Positions 1 to 7,370 of a DNA stretch of 11,130 nucleotides are shown here, piece after piece. Made by a program: the position numbers and the translations under genes. Location of the stretch: assembly GCA_016926735.1 (NCBI GenBank), contig JAFGOA010000051.1, positions 1-11,130 on the forward strand, given 5' to 3'. The stretch's first letter is position 1. Each line of letters opens with the position of its first letter. This DNA comes from Promethearchaeota archaeon. Lineage in GTDB: Archaea; Asgardarchaeota; Lokiarchaeia; Sigyniarchaeales; SOKP01. The notes under the pieces were generated by a model. That model was given only the letters and a program-made list of their open reading frames with translations, was not told where the DNA came from and searched no databases.

Positions 1-65
1 GATTCTAATTTTGCTGTTATTTCTTCTAGTCTTTCTAATGATTCTTCAAAATTCATCTTTTTCAA
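1..65 (-). CDS. xseB: Exodeoxyribonuclease VII small subunit, 5' part only (runs off the window edge)
   Basis: Not in the ORF track. Manual translation from TTG at 65 (or ATG at 56) gives (M)KKMNFEESLERLEEITAKLES, matching the XseB N-terminal pattern FEEal.rLEeIv.kLEs. A GGAG RBS lies at 74-77 on the - strand. Confidence 0.85.
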   Translation of the reverse strand, partial: MKKMNFEESLERLEEITAKLE

Positions 66-86
66 ATTATATCTCCAGACTGTTTG

Positions 87-635
87 TTATTTAAACAATT
101 TTTGATAAACTAAATAATCTATCTCGCTAAAAACAATAAACCTAATTTCTTGATAAGAATGATTTTCATTTTCTAAAAAATTTTTTACTGTATTTAACGC
201 AATAATACTTGCTTTTTCAATTGGGTAACCATAAATGCCGGTACTAATTGATGGAAATGCAATAGAATTAATTTTATTTAGAGCGCCTATCTTAAGAGAA
301 TTATAATAAGCATTTTGCAATAAAATTGGCTCATTTTTTTCACCGCCATTCCAGACTGGTCCAACAGTATGAATAACAAATTTACATGGTAAATTACCTC
401 CAGTTGTAATAACAGCTTCACCTGTTGGAAGTCTGCCCTGTTTTGCTACAATTATTTTACATTCTTCTAAAATCGAAGGTCCGCCGGCTCGATGAATAGC
501 ACCGTCAACACCTCCGCCCCCCATTAAAGAAGAGTTTGCTGCATTAACAATTGCATCAACTTTTTCGTGTGTAATATCACCTCTAATTAACTTAACTATT
601 GTATTATTAAATTTTATTTCCATAAAAATTTTCAC
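87..635 (-). CDS. MacroD-type macrodomain protein (O-acetyl-ADP-ribose deacetylase / ADP-ribosylhydrolase, E. coli YmdB family)
   Basis: Motifs GDIT, DAIVNAANSSLMGGGGVDGAIH, VIHTVGP and FPSISTGIYGYP. The GTG start overlaps the upstream stop (GTGA); an alternative start is ATG at 623. Confidence 0.95.
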   Translation of the reverse strand: MKIFMEIKFNNTIVKLIRGDITHEKVDAIVNAANSSLMGGGGVDGAIHRAGGPSILEECKIIVAKQGRLPTGEAVITTGGNLPCKFVIHTVGPVWNGGEKNEPILLQNAYYNSLKIGALNKINSIAFPSISTGIYGYPIEKASIIALNTVKNFLENENHSYQEIRFIVFSEIDYLVYQKLFK

Positions 636-940
636 ATATTAGAAATAAGAACTTTATTTCCTTCATAAAATAATCTAACTTTTTCTGGTTTTCCAATTGA
701 ATTCCAATATTTTTTACTCAATTGTATACTTCCTTGTTTACAGTTATTCTCTAATAATACAGTTCCTTCTGTATAATATTCTTCCGCTAAATTAAAAATA
801 TCAATTGTAGTATTAGCAAATATTTTAACAGGTGTACTATGATTTAATAATCCCAGGTCGTAACCTTCATTAGGATGAATTATTATATTATCTTTAATGA
901 ATAAATTTGTCTCAATATTTAAAACATTAGATGTTTTCAT
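632..940 (-). CDS. Hypothetical 102-aa protein, possible stand-alone double-psi beta-barrel (CDC48/VAT N-domain-like)
   Basis: Strong SD (GGGGTGA about 9 nt upstream of ATG) and co-oriented in the operon. The two half-motifs IIIHPNEGYDLGLLNHSTPVKI and GSIQLSKKYWNSIGKPEKVRL resemble the two DPBB repeats; the fold call is pattern recognition only. Confidence 0.6.
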   Translation of the reverse strand: MKTSNVLNIETNLFIKDNIIIHPNEGYDLGLLNHSTPVKIFANTTIDIFNLAEEYYTEGTVLLENNCKQGSIQLSKKYWNSIGKPEKVRLFYEGNKVLISNM

Positions 941-1013
941 TTTCTACTCTCACCCCCCTCCTACTTTTGTATTCTATTTCCTGTTTTCTGCATCCTGCTT
1001 ACTATCTACTTAA

Positions 1014-1967
1014 TCAATAAATCTTCTTTTTCATTTGGATCAATTCAAAAATCTTTGATGATAATTTTGTAATAACATTAATTATCTCTAAATCATTTAT
1101 ATCAAGAAGACCGCTTTTATTTTCTGTTAAATTTAAAACAGCAACAACCTTTTTTACTCCAAAAATCGGCATTGAAATAAAAGATTTAGTTTGATAGTTT
1201 TCTTTATATTTAAAATCATGTTGTTCATAATCCTCTAAATCAGTAATAAATATCCTCTTGTTTTCAGAAGCAACTTTGCCTGCAATTCCCTCCCCAAGAG
1301 GTATTCTAATACTTGCAATATTATTTTCTTCTTCTTCTTTCCATCCAATAGTTTTATATATATATAATTCTTTGTTTTTGTCAACAACCATTAAAGAACC
1401 TCTTTTAGAATTAGAAAAAGAAACTCCCCAAAACAATATCTTTTCAAATAATTCTGATACTGTTGTAACATTAATCATATCATTGATCATATGAGAAAAA
1501 TCTTGATATAAACTTTCTATTTTTTCACGAATTGTATTTTCAAGCTTAATTTTATCTATTCTTTCCACATCACTATCAATAACCTCAGTATATTTCTGTA
1601 TTGCTTCAATATTTTTATTCAAACTACTGACTAATTTATCAAAAGAATTGGAAATACCCTGATTAGCTTCTTTTTGAATTGAAAATTCATCAATATTTAA
1701 AGATGTTAATCCAATCTTTTCTTCTTTAAATGAAACAATTATAGCTGTAATTATAGAAATTATTACTAATAATGCAATTGTTAATGCAACAAGATAAATA
1801 ATAACAAGCGATTTTCCTAATCCAAAACTTGTAAAATCAAGTAATGGAATCTTTTTAATTAAATCTGATTCAATATAATTTAATATACCTATTAAATATA
1901 ATATAGAAAAAAGTAATATAATAATCACAAGCATAAAAACAAATAAATATATTTTCTTTTTCATCAT
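1014..1967 (-). CDS. Membrane protein with two N-terminal TM helices, a coiled-coil region and a C-terminal GAF domain
   Basis: Hydrophobic segments at about aa 6-30 and 54-80. GAF signature GSLMVVD...IPLGEGIAGKVASENKRIFITD...YQTKSFISMPI...VVAVLNL. The start overlaps the stop of the TPR gene (ATGA). Confidence 0.85.
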   Translation of the reverse strand: MMKKKIYLFVFMLVIIILLFSILYLIGILNYIESDLIKKIPLLDFTSFGLGKSLVIIYLVALTIALLVIISIITAIIVSFKEEKIGLTSLNIDEFSIQKEANQGISNSFDKLVSSLNKNIEAIQKYTEVIDSDVERIDKIKLENTIREKIESLYQDFSHMINDMINVTTVSELFEKILFWGVSFSNSKRGSLMVVDKNKELYIYKTIGWKEEEENNIASIRIPLGEGIAGKVASENKRIFITDLEDYEQHDFKYKENYQTKSFISMPIFGVKKVVAVLNLTENKSGLLDINDLEIINVITKLSSKIFELIQMKKKIY

Positions 1968-3520
1968 ATCCTCCCAAGCATTTTTGCGAATCCATTCTTA
2001 TCAATAAATTTTACATTTGGATTCATATGAATTACTTTTATAGCTTGTGGACTGAATAAAGCAGATGTGATAAATACCCCCTGCTTAATACCTTTTTCTT
2101 CAATCCAATCAATAAAACGACCTACAGCTAATTCCGGAACTTCATCCTTATATCTTCTGATTGTCATTAATATTTCATCTTTTTCTTTTAAATTTTTCAA
2201 TGGCACAGCATAAAAATTTATAGCATCACCATCAATATATTCTGTATCGCCATAAAACCTTGGTTCAGATTTGATATGATACCCAATAGAATGCACTAAT
2301 TTTCTAGAAAGATCTTTAAAATCTCTTGAAGTCATTTCATTTAATTTATTAACAGTATTATATGAAAATGATCTGGCTTTTGGTACGATACTACCTGCAT
2401 ATTTTTCAGCTTCTTTTTCAATTGCATCAATATTAAATCTCACATTAGAATAAAGAATCCCTCTTTTTAATATATTAAAAAGTGGATTTTCTGAAATATA
2501 ATTAGCAACATTTTGACTCAATTCTTCCCCACTTTTCATTCTTGTGCCAATTATTCTAATTAATTGATCTACATCTTTATATTTATAATCTATCATCTTA
2601 AGTTTATAAAATTTCTCCAATGCTTTCTTATAATGCCCGCTTTTATATAATAATACACCCTCATTATAAAGTGTAGTCTTACCCTGCGCATCCCCTGGTA
2701 TTAATTCCGAATATGTCTGTGATTTTTCAAAATTAGTTATTGCTTCATCTATCAAACCTTTTTCTTTATAACAATGAGCAATTAAATGATGAGCTTCAGC
2801 TAAAATTCTATTATCGTTTAACTTTAATTTTAAAACCTGAGTGAAATTGGATAATGCTTCATTATACCTTTTTTTAGAATAATATAGTATTCCTAAATAA
2901 TAATTAACCTTGCCTCGATCAAAATATTTTAACCTTGCTGTATTCTCCATGTACTCAAGAGCTTTTTCTGCATCACCATAATCAAGATATGCTCTTGCAA
3001 GATAATACAATACCTCATGATCTTTAGGATTATGCCTATGACATTTTTCAAATAATTCAATGGCTCTATTTGTTTTTCTCTGTCCAGCATAAATTTTAGC
3101 TAATTCAAATAATAATAAAGGATTATCAGGTGCTAATTTAAATAATGAAACTAACTCTACAAATGCCTCTTTTATTTTCCCTAATTTTAAATAACACTCA
3201 ACCATTAATGATTTTACTGCAAACATAGAAACATTTTCAGGTAAATCTTTTGTTTCAATAAGAACTGTTAATTCTTTTTCTGCTCTTTGAATAATATTTG
3301 CATGATATGCAGTATTTGCAATCTTCCATCTTGTTTCTGCTGGTGAGTAGCCTAAATTCAATAAATAATCATAAATTGCTAATGCTTCATGATATCTTCC
3401 AGCTGACTCATGCCTCATTGCTTCCTTTATTTTTCTTTTATTCCTTCTTGAATAAAAGAAGAATGAAAAAAAAACAATTAATACAGCAATAATAACTGTA
3501 ATTATAATTATCAATATCAT
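1964..3520 (-). CDS. Membrane-anchored tetratricopeptide-repeat protein with a C-terminal Mrr-like (restriction endonuclease fold) domain
   Basis: N-terminal TM helix followed by RRNKRK. Many TPR units (ELAKIYAGQRKTNRAIELFEKC, YYLARAYLDYGDAEKALEYM, YYLGILYYSKKRYNEALSNF). The C-terminus MTSRDFKDLSRKLVHSIGY...GVFITSALFSPQAIK...VKFIDKNGFAKML is typical of Mrr_cat. Confidence 0.8.
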   Translation of the reverse strand: MILIIIITVIIAVLIVFFSFFFYSRRNKRKIKEAMRHESAGRYHEALAIYDYLLNLGYSPAETRWKIANTAYHANIIQRAEKELTVLIETKDLPENVSMFAVKSLMVECYLKLGKIKEAFVELVSLFKLAPDNPLLLFELAKIYAGQRKTNRAIELFEKCHRHNPKDHEVLYYLARAYLDYGDAEKALEYMENTARLKYFDRGKVNYYLGILYYSKKRYNEALSNFTQVLKLKLNDNRILAEAHHLIAHCYKEKGLIDEAITNFEKSQTYSELIPGDAQGKTTLYNEGVLLYKSGHYKKALEKFYKLKMIDYKYKDVDQLIRIIGTRMKSGEELSQNVANYISENPLFNILKRGILYSNVRFNIDAIEKEAEKYAGSIVPKARSFSYNTVNKLNEMTSRDFKDLSRKLVHSIGYHIKSEPRFYGDTEYIDGDAINFYAVPLKNLKEKDEILMTIRRYKDEVPELAVGRFIDWIEEKGIKQGVFITSALFSPQAIKVIHMNPNVKFIDKNGFAKMLGRI

Positions 3521-3524
3521 TTTA

Positions 3525-4736
3525 TTAATACCTTACATTTAAAAAAAGTTTATATATCAGCAATGACTTATTATCACTTGTTATTTTTATATAATATTTT
3601 CCTCTTTTTACATTATTAATAATAAGTTCTTCACCTTCATCTATCCCATTATCATTGGAAAGTTTGATCATATTGAAATTCTTATCATATAATTCAATAT
3701 TCGGATTTAGTCCTTTAATTCTTGAAAGAGAAATATTTAAACTAATTGCCATCCTAATTATATCAAATTTAAACCAATCTATATCATTTTCAGGATAAAA
3801 GACACCGATTATTGAAGTCCCATCTATAATTTCCGTAGCCATATCTGAGTTGTCATTAAATTCCCTTTCATAATATACTTCATCGCCACCAATTTTTCTT
3901 TTTAAATTTTCCTCAATAATTAAAGTATAAGCAGGATTCTGGAAACTATCTGATTTTATAATTCCTTTAATTTTAATTATATAATTCCCTTTTTTATTGC
4001 TTAGAAACGGGAAATATTCTATATTTCCCCAACTATATTCATTTATATATTTATCAATTTTATTATCTATATTTAACAATGTAAAATTTACATCTAATCC
4101 TGATTGACTTTGCACTTTTATTGAAAAATCATAAAAGGATTCATCATCAAATATAACCTTATAATAATCAACATCAGATTTTGGAGAAATCAATCCTCCT
4201 TTTTCTTCCCCGGGTTTAATTGGAATAGCATTCTTTTCATCATCATTTGGTTCTTCTTCAATAATATCATTATCTATTTTTGGAGTGAAATTTATCACAT
4301 ATGGAACTTTTTCATTAAATCCGGTTTTTGATTCAACACAAATTATTATATTTTCACTAGCAGGAAAATACTCCCATAATTTTTCCGGCTCGCCTTTACC
4401 GCCTCTATCGATATTAAAAAGCATTTTTTTTGAAGAAGAATAAAATGTTATTTTAGAATCAATACCTGGAACAGCAGTCTGTAAAATCTCATAAGGAGTA
4501 TGCCCAACAGAAAAAAATACTCGATAATAATCTTTATCCCCAATATCCTTCTTATCATTAAAAAAACCAATTATTGGCATTTGAGAACTTACATCTTTTG
4601 GATTCTTAATTGAATCATTACTTTCAATATCAGAAATATTTTTACTGTCAAATGGTTTGATATCTACTCTTCGTGAGCAACCAATCAAGATAAAATAAAA
4701 CAATAAATATAATATTATAAAAAATCTTACTCTCAT
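3525..4736 (-). CDS. Lipoprotein with three PPC / clostridial collagen-binding-domain-like repeats
   Basis: Signal peptide II with lipobox LIG-C20. Three repeats begin (D/E)xExND (DIESND, EEEPND, EREFND), each followed by DxD(Y/W)(Y/F) (DKDYY, DVDYY, DIDWF) and a later GxGEPE/GIDEGE-type motif. Confidence 0.7.
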   Translation of the reverse strand: MRVRFFIILYLLFYFILIGCSRRVDIKPFDSKNISDIESNDSIKNPKDVSSQMPIIGFFNDKKDIGDKDYYRVFFSVGHTPYEILQTAVPGIDSKITFYSSSKKMLFNIDRGGKGEPEKLWEYFPASENIIICVESKTGFNEKVPYVINFTPKIDNDIIEEEPNDDEKNAIPIKPGEEKGGLISPKSDVDYYKVIFDDESFYDFSIKVQSQSGLDVNFTLLNIDNKIDKYINEYSWGNIEYFPFLSNKKGNYIIKIKGIIKSDSFQNPAYTLIIEENLKRKIGGDEVYYEREFNDNSDMATEIIDGTSIIGVFYPENDIDWFKFDIIRMAISLNISLSRIKGLNPNIELYDKNFNMIKLSNDNGIDEGEELIINNVKRGKYYIKITSDNKSLLIYKLFLNVRY

Positions 4737-4747
4737 AATTCTTCTAA

Positions 4748-7000
4748 CTATTTTTTTATTTCATGATCAATGTCTGAACTATGAATATAACATTTTTCAG
4801 GCAAAGGTCCGTCTTTCCAAAAATAAAAATTTATTACCTCTGGACAATTATCTGTTGCTTCTAAACCAGTTTCTTTACAGATTGGAATTAATTTCATGTT
4901 TTTAGGAATCTCTATAGGAATCTCAATTTGATTTGAAATTTTATCATTATAATCACACCATATTACTCCAGCCGTTTCTGACCCGGAAACATACATAGAC
5001 TTATTATTATCAAAACCAATCCATACTGCGCTTACTTCACTATTTGTAAACCCTGCAAACCATCCATCTTTAAAATCCTCTGAAGTCCCGGATTTAGCAT
5101 ATGCCGGTATATTAAATCCAGTAACATAAGCCGGCCAATATCCAGTGCCATCTTTTTCAAATACGGATTTCATCATCTGTACAATTTCATATGCAATCTC
5201 CGGTTTAATAAGCTCTTCTGATTCCTTATTCTCAAATGGATATAAATCCTTAAAAAAAGTATTATCTTCACGGGTATAATCATAATACACATTTCCGCTT
5301 TTATCATAAATTTTTTTAATTATATATGGATAAATACTCTTACCGCCTCTGCAGAATACTGAATAAGCTGTAGCTAATTCTAAAGTAGATAACTCGCAGG
5401 TTCCTAACGCTAATGACAAAACTTCTGGAACTCTTTTTTTACTTTTAGATGTATTTAAAAATGCTGCCTTCTGAATAAATTCAGCAACTTTATTCTTGTC
5501 CATTTCATTAAATATTTTAACAGATACAGTATTTAATGAACGCTTTAAAGCATCATATAAAGTCACCATTTCGCCATATTTGTGATTTACATGATAATTT
5601 TTTGGGGTATATTTTTTACCTAAAATATTATATGTCACTATTTCATCTTTAAATTTTGTAAATGGATTAATCTCATCATCCCCTATTTTTCCTTCATTTA
5701 AAGCTGTTGCATAAATAAAAGGTTTAACTGAAGAACCAATAGGTCTAAATGAGTAAACAGCTCTATTAAGCTGATTATTAAATGAATATCCAGACCCCCC
5801 AACTAATACTAAAATTTCACCATTTTTATAATCAATGCTTGTCAAAGACGCTTCCAAAACATTAAAATTTTCTTCTTCAAAATCTTTTATTTTATATTGA
5901 TCTATTCTTTTTACAATCTTATTTTTTATATACTTTAGTTGAGAGTTAATAATACTTTCTGCTAAAATTTGTTTTCTTATATCTATTGTTGTCTCAACAA
6001 TCAATCCGCCTTGAGTAATTTTTTCTTGAGTAAACTCTTGTTCTAAAATTTGTCTTATATATTCTGTTATATATCCAGACTTATTTATATCTGCTTGCCA
6101 AAAAGATTGATTGCCTCTTGCTCCATATTGGTCAAATTTCCTCCAAAAACGATCTATCTCTAATTTACTTTCAGCTTTTGAAATAAATCCTTCTTTAACA
6201 AATTGATTTAATACAACTTTCTGTATCCTCTGAGCATTTTCACGGGATTTAATTGGAGAATATATTTCAGGCGCTCTATTCATTCCTATAATCAAAGCAG
6301 CTTCGCTGATACTCAGTTCGCTGGCATCTTTACCGAAATAAAATTGAGAAGCATTGGCTATTCCATAAATACCATGACCTAAATAAATCGAATTTAAATA
6401 AATCTGCAGTATTTCATTCTTATTAAATCTTCTTTCTAGTTCTATTGTACAATAAAACTCGTATGCTTTTCTTTTTATTGTCCTTTTTTGCTTTGTGAAT
6501 AATATTTTTGCTAATTGTTGAGAAATTGTTGAACCGCCTGGCGCATGTCCAAGAGTAATAATATTTTTAAAAACACCAATAGATAATCTTATAAAATTAA
6601 AACCGTTATGTTTAAAAAATCTACCGTCTTCAATAACAACAAATCCTCTTGAAAGAAAAAATGGAACTTTATTTAATTTAATTAGTTTATATTTATTTGT
6701 TGAATATCTGGTAATAATATTCCCATCTCTATCCAAATATAATGTGCTCTCAGTATCCTCTTTAACTTCATCCGAATATATATTTATATTTGTTTCATTT
6801 GATTTTTTTAATGCTTCAGAAAAAGCTTGAATTTTTGAAAAAATAAATTCTCTATTTGAAAGAAATTCAAAGAAAATAAATGTCATATAAATGACAAGAA
6901 TTATTAAAAGAGTAAAAAAAATAATTCCGAAATAGATTAAAACTTTTTTTAAATATTTCTTAAATTGTTCAATACTTCTAATACTAAATAACATTTTCAA
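4748..7000 (-). CDS. Class A (bifunctional) penicillin-binding protein, PBP1A family
   Basis: N-terminal TM anchor. GT51 motifs EDGRFFKHNG, GGSTISQQLAK, RKAYE and KNEILQIYLN. Transpeptidase motifs SSVK (SxxK), SLN (SxN) and KSG (KTG-like). Start is TTG at 7000 or ATG at 6994. Confidence 0.95.
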   Translation of the reverse strand: MKMLFSIRSIEQFKKYLKKVLIYFGIIFFTLLIILVIYMTFIFFEFLSNREFIFSKIQAFSEALKKSNETNINIYSDEVKEDTESTLYLDRDGNIITRYSTNKYKLIKLNKVPFFLSRGFVVIEDGRFFKHNGFNFIRLSIGVFKNIITLGHAPGGSTISQQLAKILFTKQKRTIKRKAYEFYCTIELERRFNKNEILQIYLNSIYLGHGIYGIANASQFYFGKDASELSISEAALIIGMNRAPEIYSPIKSRENAQRIQKVVLNQFVKEGFISKAESKLEIDRFWRKFDQYGARGNQSFWQADINKSGYITEYIRQILEQEFTQEKITQGGLIVETTIDIRKQILAESIINSQLKYIKNKIVKRIDQYKIKDFEEENFNVLEASLTSIDYKNGEILVLVGGSGYSFNNQLNRAVYSFRPIGSSVKPFIYATALNEGKIGDDEINPFTKFKDEIVTYNILGKKYTPKNYHVNHKYGEMVTLYDALKRSLNTVSVKIFNEMDKNKVAEFIQKAAFLNTSKSKKRVPEVLSLALGTCELSTLELATAYSVFCRGGKSIYPYIIKKIYDKSGNVYYDYTREDNTFFKDLYPFENKESEELIKPEIAYEIVQMMKSVFEKDGTGYWPAYVTGFNIPAYAKSGTSEDFKDGWFAGFTNSEVSAVWIGFDNNKSMYVSGSETAGVIWCDYNDKISNQIEIPIEIPKNMKLIPICKETGLEATDNCPEVINFYFWKDGPLPEKCYIHSSDIDHEIKK

Positions 7001-7009
7001 ATTATAACA
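7001..7009 (-). promoter_or_regulatory. Putative extended -10 promoter (TGnTATAAT) for the PBP operon
   Basis: The minus strand reads TG-T-TATAAT-TTGAAA-ATG, placing a perfect extended -10 exactly 6 nt before ATG 6994. The AT-rich background raises the chance of a random match. Confidence 0.4.
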
Positions 7010-7142
7010 TACTTCCTAAAAATATAAATGAATTTTAATTTGCTACTGGAAAAATATTAACTGAAGCAAAAATACTATCTTATAATTCTATTAATCAAAC
7101 TTTTTAAATAACTATTTTTAATCTTACAATACTGCTTTAAAT

Positions 7143-7289
7143 TTAAGCAATGATATCAATATTAACATTTGTATTAGGAGCTTCAACTGGTGCTTCTGAT
7201 ACTGGTACTTCCTCAACACTTGGTGCTGGTGCACTTTGTTCAGGTGCAGGAGGAGGAGTATAAGATGAACTAACATTATCTACTTGCAT
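7143..7289 (-). CDS. Unannotated 48-aa Pro/Glu/Ser-rich small protein (C-terminal NIDIIA, YjfB-like ending)
   Basis: MQVDNVSSSYTPPPAPEQSAPAPSVEEVPVSEAPVEAPNTNVNIDIIA*. AGGGGG SD at 7295-7300, a sigma70 promoter upstream, and A/T-ending codons like those of the neighbouring genes. Confidence 0.8.
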   Translation of the reverse strand: MQVDNVSSSYTPPPAPEQSAPAPSVEEVPVSEAPVEAPNTNVNIDIIA

Positions 7290-7310
7290 AATTACCCCCT
7301 TATATTAATT

Positions 7311-7339
7311 ATTATACTTAAAAAAATGCAATAAATCAA
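7311..7339 (-). promoter_or_regulatory. sigma70-type promoter for the 48-aa ORF
   Basis: Minus strand TTGATT (7339-7334), 17-nt spacer, TATAAT (7316-7311), about 20 nt upstream of ATG 7289. Confidence 0.65.
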
Positions 7340-7370
7340 CTAATTTACATAAAATTATAAAGTGTTTTTG

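Noticed and set aside
1258-1494. 78-aa + strand ORF
   Set aside because: It lies entirely antisense within the GAF gene and has no RBS or recognisable motif, so it is a shadow ORF.
3466-3474. A9 tract near the 5' end of the TPR gene as a phase-variation site
   Set aside because: The frame is intact, the tract encodes Val/Phe codons of the TM helix, and A/T runs of 7-9 are common in this AT-rich sequence.
3298-3492. 64-aa + strand ORF
   Set aside because: It is antisense to the TPR gene with no supporting signals, so it is a shadow ORF.
87-3520. Known anti-phage system (Thoeris-like macrodomain, DarG, or Mrr restriction)
   Set aside because: The macrodomain is an ordinary MacroD type with no TIR, SIR2 or DarT partner. 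The Mrr-like domain lacks catalytic residues, and the context (PBP1A, xseB) is housekeeping.
7133-7149. Intrinsic terminator after the small ORF (TGCTT-N7-AAGCA)
   Set aside because: The stem is only 5 bp and AT-rich, overlaps the stop codon and lacks a U-tract, so it is too weak to call.
7290-7370. sigma28 (FliA) promoter for the small ORF
   Set aside because: No GCCGATAA-like -10 is present, and a good sigma70 match is present instead.
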